A model generated the notes under the pieces. That model did not search any database. It was given only the letters and a program-made list of their open reading frames with translations, and was not told the DNA's origin. From Paraspadella gotoi (taxonomy: Eukaryota; Animalia; Chaetognatha): a stretch of 64,000 bases of DNA. The stretch is taken from NCBI GenBank assembly GCA_051294375.1, contig CM119265.1, forward strand, positions 27,780,098-27,844,097, given 5' to 3'. A program made the translations under genes and the position numbers. Positions 28,886 to 42,258 of the stretch are shown one piece after another; position 1 is the first letter of the stretch; each line of letters starts with the position of its first letter.

Positions 28886-30595
28886 ACTCATACACGCATT
28901 TGTTTGTTTTATTGACTATCATCACATCAATGAATGACAATCATCACAGCAGTGAATGACTATCATCGCATCAATAATTGATTATCATCGAATCAATAAT
29001 CAATTCCTATTACATCAATAAATTACTATTACATCAATCAATTAGTATTACCTCAATCAATTACTATTACATCAATAATTCGTTTCGCATGATTCATTCG
29101 TTTTTTTCCCGGTTTTTTTCATTAATTTTCTATGATAGTGGGCTCTGGCTCGATCTTGAGTCTTTTAAGATTTTTTATTTTATGTCTTCCTTCTCTCTCC
29201 TCTTTCTCTCTCTCTCTCTCCTTCACTCTCTCTCTTCCTCTCGACCTCACTCTCTCTCTCTCTCACTCTCTCTTTCTCTCTCTCTCTCTCTCTTTTTATG
29301 CAATAGCGCGATCCTCATTGCTTTTAAGATTTTTTTACTTGCATCATTTTTTCAACTTGCATATATTTTTTCAACTTGCATTCCGTCAAAACTTTATATC
29401 TAGCTTCTTCACTCACTTTACCTACCGGCTCACAAAATTTCATCTCAATCTATCATGGGTTAAAATAAATAAAAAGATCAAGTAAATGTGACTCATATTT
29501 TTTCATTTAAACTCATTTCCACTGGTACGTTTCCACTTGAAACTTTATATCAATGCTTCGTCATACGTTTTCCTACCCACACACACGAAATTTCAACTCA
29601 ATCTATCCATTTCAATTATGATTAATTTGGAGTATTTATTGGTTAAAATAAGTAAAAAGATTTTAGTAAATTCGACTTATGTTTTTTCCATTTAAACTAA
29701 TTTCCACTCACACGATTCCATCGAAATTTATATCCAGCGTATCACACACTTTCCTACCACCCACAATTTTAATTACCAATCCAACCAGCCAATCACGAGT
29801 TATTGGGAGCTTTTTGCTAAGATGGGAGGGGCGGATGGACGGATTGATTGACTAATTAATGTAAATTATTGATTAATTTATTTACCTAATTGATGTAATG
29901 TAACTGAATTAATTATTATGTAATTTATTAATACATCCTTGGCAAGATACATTTAAATATAAAAGGAAAAAGGAAGCATAATCAATTAGTAAAAACAGGT
30001 TTTTTTGTTTTTTTGTTTTCCATTTAACAGCTCAGTTTCCACTCAGAACTATTCCATCGAAATTGAATTTCCTGTTTTCCAAATTCACAAGTTACTACAG
30101 CGTTCCCTAACCCACATTAGCAAAATTCCAGGTCAATCAGCCCATCCACTCATGAGCAAATTGGTGTTCAAATAGTGAAATATTTTTTTTTTTGTTTTTA
30201 ATTCCATTTAAACTCATTTCCACTGGACGATTCCATCGAAACTTATAATCGTCAGCTCAAATCACACACTGGCGTAACTATCCACACACAAAATTTCATT
30301 GTAAATATTCCATGCAATCGCCGCCAATCAGCGAGTAAGTGTGTGTGTTTTTGTGCTAAGGTGGGGACGGACGGACGGACGGCGGACGGACGGAGCGGAC
30401 GGACGGACGGACGGACTGGAGGAACGGACGGACGGACATTCATTTTTTTGCATAATTTATCATAATTCGATGTTCTGACATGATATAAGTGTGTGCCCGA
30501 CAATATTGAGGGGGCGACCGACGGACCGAAAAACGTGAGTTATAAAAAGTGAGTTATAGAGTCGGGATCTGCTGATAAGCAGATCCGACTAAAAA
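27703..30595 (-). mobile_element. DINE-1/HINE-like (Helentron-associated) non-autonomous element, family A
   Basis: 5' T-run plus hairpin GTCGGATCTGC-ttatca-GCAGATCC(C)GAC, (GTCC)n microsatellite, internal tandem repeats, 3' subterminal inverted repeat GCAGATCCGAC plus GTTT-gctc-AAAC stem-loop and T-run. Other ends at 12870, 18038, 32290, 38946 and 39122. Confidence 0.7.
27932..29167 (+). mobile_element. HINE-like element nested in family A
   Basis: 5' TATCGAGCCAG plus hairpin; 3' subterminal CTGGCTCGAT followed by a T-run; related to 39702 and 41377. Confidence 0.55.
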
Positions 30596-33500
30596 TTTGT
30601 TGTGATAAAACGTCAGTTTTGGTGATTTTTTTATTAGAAAAAAAAATTCATATAAAACCTAACTTATTTACTATAGTAATTATTTTTTATTAACTACAAG
30701 GTGGCACACTACAGCCACCACTAAAAAATCGTCAGCTTGCATAATTTTATATACTTGCATAATTTTTTTTAACTTACATAATTTTTTAACTTGCACCATT
30801 TTTTCGACTTTTAACTATCTAGTTATCGAGTTTCATTAGTGAGGCAGTGAGGAAGTTGAAATGTGTGTCCATTTTCTTTGTTTCATATCGATTCAAATTT
30901 TTTTTGTTTGAATTTCCATTTAATTATGATTTACTGCAATATGCAAATTAGATTATGGTAATTTTCTTTGATAGTAAAAACTGGCGAGATCACTATACTT
31001 TTAAGATTTTTTTTTGTAAACATTTAAGTAGAATAACAAAGGAAGAGAGACGGAAGGAGGCTCAGAATTTTAGTGCATTCCATTTTTAGATCTCAAGGAC
31101 TAAGACGCAATTTTTACTTCATTGTAATCATTTATTAAACTTTTCTCTCAATCTACAATTATTTCAGGTAACTTTGAAAACAGAATAGACAGATTTGCAT
31201 AATCAAGCTCTCTACTTGACATCTATTGAGGGCAACAGGTCACGTTACAACAATATTAAAAGTTTTTTTGTATCGATCCAGATTGAGGTTGAAACTAGAA
31301 GTTCTCTCAAATAAATAATGGTTAAGTGACTGTTAGAGAATATGAAAATAAAAATATTTTTTTTAAATTATCTTATTAATAAGCGACGGAGCATTTAAAG
31401 ATATTTTTTACTATATAAAGTTTAAATTTTTTTTTAAAAAAATTTATTTTTTTAAAATTAAAAGATTAAAGTTATTAATAAAACTTTTAAACTTCCGTGC
31501 GCTTATTAATAAGATAAATTAAAAAAAATATTTTTATTTTCATATTCTCTAACAGTCACTTAACCATTATTTATTTGAGAGAATTCTAGTTTTCACCTTC
31601 AATTTGGATCGATACAAAAAACTTTTAATATTGTTGTAACGTGACCTGTTGCCCTCAATAGATGTCAAGTAGAGAGCTTGATTAATGCAAAATCTGTCTA
31701 TTCTGTTTTCAAAGTTACACTGAAATAATTGTAGATTGAGAGAAAAGTTTAATAAATGATTACAATGAAGTTAAAATTGCGTCTTAGTCCCTTGAGATCT
31801 AAAAAAATGGAATGCACTAAAATCTGAGCCTCCTTCCCGTCTCTCTTCCTTGTTTATTCTACTTAAATGTTTACAAAAAAAAATCTTAAAAGTATAGTGA
31901 TCTCGCCAGTTTTTACTATCAAAGAAATTACCATAATCTAATTTGCATATTGCAGTAAATCATAATTAAATGGAAATTCAAACAAAAAAAATTTGATCGA
32001 TATGAACAAAGAAAATGGACACACATTTCAACTTCCTCACTGCCTCACTAATGAAACTCGATAACTAGATAGTTAAAAGTCGAAAAAATGGTGCAAGTTA
32101 AAAAAATTATGTAAGTTAAAAAATTATGCAAGTATAAAAATTATGCAAGCTGACGATTTTTTTAGTGGTGGGCTGTAGTGTGCCACCTTGTAGTTAATAA
32201 AAAATAATTACTATAGTAAATAAGTTAGGTTTTATATGAAATTTTTTTCTAATAAAAAATCACCAAACTGACGTTTTATCACAACAAATTTTTAGTCGGA
32301 TCTGCTATCAGCAGATCCCGACTCTATAACTCACTTTTTATAACTCACTTTTTTCGGTCCGTCGGTCCGCCCCTCAATATTGTCGGGCGACACACTTATA
32401 TCATGGTCAGAACATCGAATTATGATTAAATTATGCAAAAAAATGATGTCCTCCGTCGTCGTCTGTCCGTCCGTCCGTCCGTCCGTCCGTCCGTCCGTCC
32501 GTCGTCCGTCCGTCCCACCTTAGCAAAAAACACCAATTACTCGTGATTGGATGGATGGATTTAAATGAAATTTTGTGTGTGGATAGGTAAGTGTGTGATT
32601 GAGCTGGATATTAAGTTTCGATGGAATCGTCCGAGTGGAATGAGTTTAAATGGAAAAACAAAAAAAATATATTCACTATTTGAACACCAATTGCTCATGA
32701 GTGGATGGCTGATTGACCTGGAATTTGTATGTGGGTAGGAAGGTGTGTGATTGACAGGTAAATCAAGTTTCGATGGAATAGTTTGAGTGGAAATGAGTTT
32801 AAATGGAAAAAAACAAAAAACTGTTTTACTAATTGATTATGCTTCTTTTCCTTTTATATTAATGTATCTGCAGGATGTATTATAAATCAAATAATTAATC
32901 AGTTAATTAATCAATTAGTAAATAAATTAATCAATAATTAATTAATTAAGTCAATCAATCCGTCCATCCGTCCCATCTAGCAAAAAGCTCCAATAACTCG
33001 TGATTGGCTGGTTGGATTGGAATTAAAATTTTGTGGGTGGGTAGGAAAGTGTGTGATAAGCTGGATATAAAATTTCGATGGAATCGTGTGAGTGGAAATT
33101 AGTTTAAATGGAAAAAACATAAGTCGAATTTACTAAATCTTTTTACTTATTTTAACCAATAAATATCCAATTAATCATAATTGAATGATAGATTGAGTTG
33201 AAATTTTGTGTGTGGGTAGGAAAACGTATGACGAAGCTTGATAAAGTTTCAGTGGAAACGTACCAGTGGAAATGAGTTTAAATGAAAAANNNNNNNNNNN
33301 NNNNNNNNNNNNNNTTATCTCTTTTTTAATCAATTTGATTTTTTCTTCTGATTTTACTAAGTATTTTCAAAAAAGTTTGACATTATTTATTATAATTACA
33401 TCACATAGACATTGCACTTGTTAGCTAATTTTAAAAAAAATTGTATTTTACGTTTGAAATAATTTTTTGGCATAAAGACAATTACTATAGAGAGAAGGAA

Positions 33501-34326
33501 AAAAATGAGACAATAACAGGAACCGAAATTCCAATGTGTGTTTAGCCGCAGTGACTTTCTTATCACATTGTTTAAGTTGCCTCTGCTTTCAGACTTAATT
33601 TACAAATGGCGACGTTCGAGGTTTCAAAAGTTGTTTATTTATCGAAGTTAAAAACAGACGAGGTTGTAAAAGCATTTCCAATTTGTTTCCAAATAAACAA
33701 TACAATTTTGGTTAAAAGGTAAATAAACGGTCTTAAAACCGTTTCAACGTCGTAATCTTTGAGTCAACTGAAGAATTTACAAAATTTTAAATTAAACGTT
33801 ATCTAAAAAAACCCAGATTACCTCAGCCAACCATTTTTCTTCTTCTTCAATTATCCGTCGTCGCGACTCCCGATCGCAAATTTGGGAAACTTGAACAAAG
33901 ATATTTTCATTCCCAATCGTCGGACGTTGAGCCGTCTCCCCCTATGGCGACGCTCACCACCGTTGTTACACCCCCTCCATTTGATCATGTTCGAAACAGG
34001 GTGCCTTGGGAAGCTCCTAGCATCCACTGACCTTCGTTACGACCAACCTTAGAATGAAAAATAGTCAAATTTCAAAATCTCAAATTTTCAATCCTAAACT
34101 TAAAAAGGTTAATCAAATTTCAAATTAAGTTTTATAACCTAATTAAGGAGAAAAAGGATTATCACTTCAATCAAAATTTCAACCCTATGCCTAGTCTTAG
34201 TTTTTAAGGTTCTTAGAATTAGACTTAAAGTTAAACTTATATATCCTTTACTTTGAAAAAAAGGGGTTAACATAATTTAACTTAGACTTACAACCTGAAC
34301 TTAAATTCAAATGTTAATAATGCAAG

Positions 34327-34973
34327 TATGGTGGACTAAAATCCAACCGTTCATCAGCGGCCATTGGTGCCGGAGACAAGTCATTTCGCCTCCCAACCCA
34401 AAGGTCTGGGGTTCTAGCCGCCGGTGGTCGTCTGGCAGTTAAGAGGGACGGGGCGCTAATAACCGCCTGTAACACAATGTTACAGCCTGATCCGAAGCTC
34501 AGGGACTGCTTATATTGAATGGTTCTGTCACTAACGAACAACAATAATTACTGTCTCTTCATTGTGAGCCCGATTCCGAACACAACAGCAACAACAACAC
34601 TTTCAGGCGACATGTCTCAACCTGGCGATGCACTTTCCGCCCACAACACATCAGGCGACATGCCTCAACTTGGTGGAACTTTCCACCAACAACAATTCAC
34701 TGAAGAGACGCAACAGACATCTTCCTACGGGAGGGGGGGATGTATGGTGGACTAAAATCCACCAACCGTCATCAGCGGCCATTGGTGCCGGAGGCAAGTC
34801 ATTCGCCTCCCAACCCAAAGGTCTGGGGTTCTAGCCGTGGTCGTCTGGCAGTTAAGAGGGACGGGCGCTTAACCCGCCTGTAAACACGATGTTACAGCCT
34901 GATCCTAAGCTCAGGGACTGGCTTATAATTGAACGGTTCTGTCACTAACACAACAATAATTACTGTCTCTTTA
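34327..34973 (+). mobile_element. Two-LTR twister-TRIM family 1, nested in the BEL element
   Basis: LTRs 34327-34561 and 34743-34973; PBS-like TGTGAGCCCGA at ~34563; PPT GGGAGGGGGGGA 34729-34740; TSD CAAG/CATG. Confidence 0.85.
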
Positions 34974-35489
34974 CATGTAAGTAAATTCAACAATTCAATG
35001 AATAATCAATGCTACATAAATTCAATTAGACAAGTAACATTAATTCAAATAAATTCAAGATACCTCATTGCCAATAGGTTTAATAAATGAATAATAGGTC
35101 CAGTGGTTCAGTTAATATCTAAGTTCAGTTTCAATTCAGATTACCAGGTTCTGACCGGTGCCTAAATTAAACAAATCATAATAATGAGCAGCAATTAATA
35201 AAACAGTTTCAATTGTATAAAGACTTTTGATTTTCGTTGTTTTAGTAATTAGGAGAAAAACAATTTGATTTGTTTTGGCAACGAATTGTATTTAAGGCAT
35301 TAAGCAGACATGTTTCGACTCTGTAGTTTAGAGTCTTCCTCAGTGTTTGAAAAATTAACAAGTTTTTCTCTTTAAGTTTGAGAGAGAGAGAGAGAGATCG
35401 GTTCAAGCAGCATACAAAATCATACCATACAATAGGCTGGAGATGACGCCACCTGCGCCGTAGCACTGGTAACCCGCGACTGAGAAGGA

Positions 35490-38043
35490 TAATCCTGGTG
35501 AAGAAGAGTGTGGTGCTGGTCCGAATTACAAGTGCTGCACACAATCTTAGTTAAACAATCATATCACATGTGCCCACTAGAGTGATGTGAAAATGATAAA
35601 ATTTTTAAAAATTAAAATTTAGCATATAAAACGTGAAAATAAAAACCATTAAAAATACTTTAGTAAATTTATTTTTTAATTTCATACATTAGTGGGCACC
35701 AGTGAGCTACTTTTATATATAATAATAAGTATATAATGGCTAAAATTTCAAAATACAATTTTTTTTAATTTTAAGATCGGATTTATATTCTTAGCAAAAA
35801 GTTAATATAAGAAAGTATAATTCTTTTTTAAAAATTATTTCATTAAGTTGGTTAAAAATCTAAAAAACTATGTTTAAGATACCAATTTTTAATTTCGAAT
35901 TTAAAAATATGGTTTTTTTATAATTGTAACCTACTTAATGACATAATTTTTTAAAAAGATGTATATTTTCTTTTATCAACTTTTAACAAGGAATCTGAAT
36001 CTGTTCTCAGAATTTAAAAAATTTTAAAATTTTGACATTATATAAGGGTAGTACTATATACAAAATAAGCTGACTGGGCTACTATATTTATAAAAAAAGA
36101 AAAATAATTCTAGATTAATGTTCACTAATATAATAATTTTCAAGATATAACTGCTAAATTTTGATTCCAAACTTTCACTTCACCCTAGTGCCCACGTCTT
36201 AAGCATCTGTAACAACTTCTAGTTCTCCACATCTGGAAAACTCGTTCAGACAAAGGTTTAGATTTGAACATGGAGCAATCTACAACAGAATTATCTAATA
36301 TCTCACATGCCTGACAGCTTGGCACTTTCTTCTCAGCTGAGGATTTGGATGTCCCAGACTCCTTCTCCATCTGCCGCTTCTCATACTGCTGCTGCTTTGG
36401 CAATTCGCCTGCCAGCTCCTCAGATCCCTTCGCTGCTGCAGAAGATTGCTTAGCCTTGGAATCCGCTGATGCTTGGACCACGTTGACCTTGGCAGTGGAG
36501 GCAGTCTTGTCTTTGTCGCCGCCGGCCTTTGCTGCACCCTTAGAATAGAAGGGTGACTACATCTCCTGAACACGATACTGTATAAAGGCGATAAAGGCAG
36601 CAAAACCGGCAGTCCGTTCAAGCCTTACTGTCATCTTATGATGGTATCTTCTCCAGGAATCTCTGATAAAGGGTACGCGGCGCTCTATGATTCTTCTCAG
36701 GAGGTCTATCGAATCAAACTCCTTGAAATCACCATTGATTTCTGCGATCTTAGACATCCTTTGAAGCTCCCAACCAAGCTCGCGCAAACCATCATGATCT
36801 GAGGCCTTCACCTAACCCTTTCTCAGAAATTCCTCCAATTTATCTAAAGCAGTACACTGGTGTTGGTTCCACTATGACCGCTGAAGCAGATGGATCCACA
36901 TCGCTGCCATCTTTACTGATCCCGAATGAGTGCATAGACTGCCAATCCGCGACCCGTTCATCTGTTGGTTGAGGAGGATCTGCAAGGAGGGGAAGATCCT
37001 GATCATTATCAATAATCTCAGCCACATTTAATCGAGCTCTAAGGACAGCCCTAGTCCTTTCACTTTCTAACTCCTTCCTTCTTTGCTCAATCTCAGAAAA
37101 CACCTTAGCTTCCTTTGCTTCTCTCTGGGCTTTCTCTTGGACCTCTCTTGCTTCTCTCTTAGCTTTCTCTTGGGCCTCTCTTGCTTCTCTCTGAACTTTC
37201 TCTTGGGCCTCTCTTGCTTCTCTCTGGGCAGTTTCTTTAATATTCTTAATCTTTAAATCTGTCTCCATTTTCTCTAACTTAGCAAATTCCTTGTTCACCC
37301 TAGACTTAGCTTCTGCTGCAGCTAACTCTTCCTTCAAGGACTGGACCGACCTAAAGCTCTTACTTGATCATCATGAACTACCACCAGAGCCAGACCTGAT
37401 TGAACCTCCATCCCTCTTACTTCCGGACTGCCTACTTGTGTGGATAGACCGCCCTCTAGTGACTCTGCTGATGGAACTGGTAGCCCACCCAGCTTCAGCT
37501 GTGGCAAGCGAATCAGGATTGCCACCGCCGGAACCAGTGTGCCCCAAGTCTCCAGAAGCTTGATCACTTGGAGGCAATCCTAACTCTGGAGGATCTCCAT
37601 CCCCAATCTGCAGTAATTCTCCTTCTTCCCCATCGGTAATGGTGACCATCACCCTGTGCCTTCCTGCATCATGAGTAGGAGGAAGCTCTAAAGACCCACT
37701 AGCAGTATCAGAAAAGAAAGACCTAGGTGGCGGACCATAGCTTGGACTTCTGGTGAATCCTTTACTCAAAACCGCATCTTCCCAATTCTTTAGTATAGCC
37801 TTTGCTGCTCTTACTTCTTCTCGATTACTCTTAATTCTAGATCCATGTCGTCACACCTGTTTTCTCCAGCACCCTTAGGGCTGTAATGACACGAACCCTA
37901 GGCGCATAGTCGGGCGGTTTCCCTTCCTTGTCCACCTGGTTCAGCTCCTCAACCAGTTCCCGGTGAGCAGCCTTCAGCTCCTCATCTGGCTGAAGTTTTG
38001 GGGCCGATGGGTTGAAGACTTGATTGAAGCCATAAGAATCCAA
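35490..38043 (-). pseudogene. gag: BEL/Pao gag remnant
   Basis: Coiled-coil segment, then CYRCLRRGH | M*YDCLTKIVCSTCNSDQHHTLLH (BEL-type zinc knuckles), split by a MITE; stops and frameshifts. Confidence 0.85.
35578..36187. mobile_element. hAT-type MITE inserted in the gag zinc knuckle
   Basis: TIR TAGAGTGATGTGAAA / TTTCACTTCACCCTA; perfect 8-bp TSD GTGCCCAC. Confidence 0.9.
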
Positions 38044-39701
38044 ACGGGGAAGACAAAGAAAAAATGGAGGACGAGGAACTTATCCAATTAGGTAGATTGA
38101 GCAGCGCCGCCTTCAGCGCTAATCTATAACGCCGCTGACGCCGCGCATTGGCCGTCAATTCTCTGAAGGATCGGAGCATTGCTCGACGATCCTCTGCATT
38201 AATCGATATCTCTAAATCGCCACCGCACATTGAAGTGTCGCCGAGGAAAGCGGCTGATCGCCAACCGTCGCCACTAATTTGGCGTCGAAGTCGTAGACCG
38301 AAGGGTTTCTCAAAATGCTCGGCATCAAGAAAGGCCATAGCGCACAGTGTTTTTGAAGCGATGATCGTTTTTTGTTTCACAGTCTCTCACAGTCTTTACA
38401 CAATCTCTCACAACGACAAGACGCGACGATGAATCAATTTTATTTGGCGATTGTTTATCGTTTGAAATCGCCACGGTTTTAATGTTTAAGTTGCTTATGC
38501 TTTCAGACTTAATTTATAAATGGCGACGTTCGAGGTTTCAAAAGTTGTTTATTTATCGAAGTTAAAAACAGACGAGGTTGTAAAACCATTTCCAAATTGT
38601 TTGTAAACAATCCAAATAAACAATACAACTTTGGTTAAAAGGTAAATAAACGGTCTTAAAACCATTTCAACGTCGTAATCTTTGAGGCAACTGAAGAATT
38701 TACAAAATTCGAAATCAAACGTTATCTAAAATAACCCAGATAGCCTCAGCCAACCCTTTTTCCTTCTTCAATTATCCGTCGTCGCGACTCCCGATTGCGA
38801 ATTTGGGAAACTTAAACAAAGATATTTTCATTCCCAATCGTCGGACGTTGAGCCGTCTCTCCCTAGGCGACGCTCGCCACCGCCGAAACACACATGTATT
38901 TCCGTGTACAGAAAAAAAGGAAATTGTAAGACAATATTTCTATCCTTTTTTAGTCGGATCTGCTTATCAGCAGATTCCGACTCTATAATCCACTTTTTCG
39001 GTTTGTCGGTAAGTTATCTTGTCGATAAGTTATTTAGATCATCTCAGAAAGTTTCATTATTATAAATTATGCTTTGGGAGATAAGAAAAGTTTTATTTGT
39101 TTTCATAACAAATTTTAATGAAACAAGTTTGAGCAAACAATGTCGAATCTGCCTAAGATAATTAAGCGGTAATCAGCTAATCAGATGATAAATCACGATT
39201 ATTCTTCCAATTTTTGATCCTAACTGATTATAACAGTTTGTACCATACTAAATCAGTGGCTGCGCCAATACATGTCAGTCACTTGCAAAGGATTAAACTG
39301 AACTATTACTATGGTACAAACAAATAATTTTTTTAACTTGCAAAATTTTTTTAACTTGCATCATTTTTTAAACTTGAATCATTTTTTCAATTTGCATCAT
39401 TTTTTTCTATTTGCATCATTTTTCAACTCGCATCATTTTTTCAAATTGTATCATTTTTTCTTTTTAATTAATTAATTAATTAATTAATTATGCACAGGAC
39501 TGTACTAAAAGGCTGAAAGGGGATAGAAAGTTTTTTCTGAAGACCAAGGTTATTTATGATTTTTCTTTTACAAAGAGGGATAACATTCCTCTGTAGTATC
39601 ATATGTTCTGATAGCAAAAGTTTAAAAAAAATAATCGTTATTGTTATAATAAAATTTATGTTTATTCTTTTACTAACTTACTTTTCCTAGACACAAGATA
39701 T

Positions 39702-40852
39702 TATTATCGAGCCTACCGGCGAAGCCAGTTCGGGCTTGATATTGTTTCAGGTGAGCTTCTTTGTGTCGTCGTCGTCGGCGACGTCGTCGTCGTTGTCGTC
39801 GTCACACTTTTTTGTATAAAAACTACTATGCTTTTATAGTTTTGGCTGGGACTTACCGTTTTTTTTTAAATAAAAATTATTATGAATTAGGATGAGATTG
39901 TATAAAAGTGTGCGATCATAGTAAGTTAAAAAATTAGATATGGCTTCTCATCTTGAAATAGCTTTGAAATTTTCATATTACATTTGGATTCAAGTATTGT
40001 TTGTTTGAATTTCCACTTCATTATGATTTACTGCAATATGCAAATGAGATTATAGTACTCAATATAATATCCAAATTAATCTAATTTACATATTGCAGTA
40101 AATAATATTGAAGATGAAATTTATAAAAAAATCTTTGAATCAATAAAAAACATGTGAAATTAAAAGATCTTTTTAATGAGAACCTATATTTTTATTTAAT
40201 ACATATAAAAATAAAATCTTTTACAAGCTATGATTGGAAAAAATTGTAACAGTTTCCAATTGTAAACAATTGTAACATTTTTTTACTTTTTTTTATTTCT
40301 TTATTTTATATAAATATTTTTCTTCCTATTTTTGTCAGTTGCTGTCTGATCTCTTGTGTGATCGTTTGATCGTTTGATTATTTTTTTCCTTTCAAAAACT
40401 TTTATTATTGCCATTTATTCCGCCCTTTTTTCTCAATGCAAAATCCCAAATTTACATCCGATATCTGGTGGATTTATTTTTTTTTCTCTCTATCTTTCTT
40501 TATCTCTCTCTCTCTCTTTCTCTCTCTCTTTCACTCATACACGAATTTGTTTGTTTTATTTATGATGAATGATTCATTGCGTCAATGAATGACTATCATC
40601 GCATCAATGAATGACTATCATCATATCAATAAATGATTATCATCACATCAATGAATGACTATTATCGCATCAATCATTTGGTTATTATCACATCAATCAT
40701 TTGGCTATCATCACATTTATCATTTGGTTATCATTGCATCAATTATTGGTTATTATTGCATCAATCATTTGGTTATCATCGCATCAATCCTTTGGTTATC
40801 ATCGCATCAATATTTGGTTATCATTGAAGGTAGGCTCGATTCTATTCTTTAA
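39702..40852 (+). mobile_element. HINE-like element, family B
   Basis: 5' TATCGAGCCT..ACCGGC-gaa-GCC(A/G)GT..GGCTTGATA hairpin, (GTC)n, ~23-bp tandem repeats, 3' AGGCTCGAT. The paralogous site at ~14075 is empty. Confidence 0.65.
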
Positions 40853-40952
40853 AGATTTTTTTACATGATATTAAAATTATACTGGTTCTTGGTTTTGGTT
40901 TGTTTAATAAAAAAAAATTAATTAATAATAAAAAATCATTTTTATATTTCAG

Positions 40953-41054
40953 GCGTTTTACTTGAATCAAGATTCAAATATTTTGAGTGGAAAAGTGAAT
41001 ATCAAGAATAAACTCAACTTAATTCATGTTCTTTTTGAATCTTTTCCACAACTG
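40953..41054 (+). CDS. XK-related paralog, duplicated exon 3
   Basis: 102 nt, intact splice sites, AFYLNQDSNILSGKVNIKNKLNLIHVLFESFPQL (2 aa differences from 14176-14277). Confidence 0.8.
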
Positions 41055-41173
41055 GTAAATTCACTTCAGAAACTTAAATAGTTTTTTATTAGTAAAAATT
41101 GGAGCTATATACAGCGACTTTAATCTGGATTGATATGAAAATGAAGAGCAATCGAGTTATCAAATATTTTTGT

Positions 41174-41218
41174 ATCATCTCTTCAGAGGCGAGGGTTCAA
41201 GTTCCACCACTGTCACCA
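41174..41218 (+). pseudogene. 3'-half tRNA-Leu-like fragment ending in CCA
   Basis: Variable arm CTCTTCAGAG, T arm GGGTTCAAGTTCC, then ACCACTGTCA-CCA. Confidence 0.55.
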
Positions 41219-41982
41219 TGTTGACGTTTAGTCAAATAATGAAAGTAATTATTTAGTGAAGGCAAGTATCAGGTTGACAATAGTTTTATTAAATTTGGTC
41301 GTTGACTCCTTAGTCTCTCTGTCGGTCATCGGTCACTCCCAAAGTACCTGGCTTCCCTATCAATGAAGTGGTATTTATTATCGAGCCTACCGGCGAAGCC
41401 GGTTCAGGCTTGATATTGTTTCGGTGAGCTTCTTTGTGACGTCGTCGTCGTCTTCGTCAGCGTTGTCGTCATTGGCGTCACGCTTTTTGTATAGTTTTGG
41501 CTGGAACTTACCGTTTTTTTTGAATAAAAATTATTATGAATTAGGATGAAGTTTTATAAAAGTGTACGATCATAGTAAGTTAAAAAATTAGATATGGCTT
41601 CTCATCTTGAAATAGATTTGAAATTTTCATATTACATTTAGATTCAAGTATTTTTTTGTTTGAATTTCCACTTCATTATGATTTACTGCAATATGCAAAA
41701 GAGATTATAATACTCAATATAATATCCAAATTATTATATAGAAATGCTTTAATATAATTTACATATTGCAGTAAATAATATTGAAGATGAAATTTATAAA
41801 AAAATCTTTGAATCAATAAAAAACATGTGAAATTAAAAGATCTTTTTAATGAGAAGTTATATCCTAATTTTAATACAAATAAAAATAAAATCTTTTACAA
41901 GCTATGATTGGAAAAAATTTTAACCATTTCCAATTGTAAACAATTGTAACATTTTTTCCTTTTTTTATTTCTTTAAATTATA

Positions 41983-42258
41983 TGTGGATAAGGCGCAAAC
42001 TGGGCAGAAGATGACTATCCGTAACTTCTATAACCCCCTTTTTAATAGCTATGGAACGGGTCCTGGGCTTGGAACCAGGCTAGAGGGTTCGCCACACTCC
42101 CAAGGCGGCTTACGGCCATCCTCACGCTTCCCGCAGGGTAGGTAGCGGGTTGGGATTGAACTGGTCATGAGCTGATGGCTTTACTCAATGAGCCACCGGG
42201 TCAGGACTGAAGGTGTTATGCTTATAGGCGGGGTGAACCTAGGCAATGCCCGACTACA
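41983..42258 (-). mobile_element. Solo LTR, twister-TRIM family 4
   Basis: TG..CA, TSD TATA, empty site in the sister HINE at ~40308; A/B-box-like head; twister at 42056-42134. Confidence 0.85.
42056..42134 (-). ncRNA. Type-P5 twister ribozyme (predicted)
   Basis: GCGGG AA GCGT GA GGA TGGCCG TAA GCC GC [P3] CCTGG T TCC AA GC CCAGG A CCCGT; T1 = GGA/TCC. Confidence 0.8.

Larger units (their letters stand above)
33569..38890 (-). mobile_element. BEL/Pao LTR retrotransposon, internally deleted, with nested insertions
   Basis: LTRs 33569-33970 and 38483-38890, TG..CA on -; 5-bp TSD CACAT (33564-33568 / 38891-38895); PPT GGAGGGGG before the 3' LTR; no pol domains seen. Confidence 0.9.
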
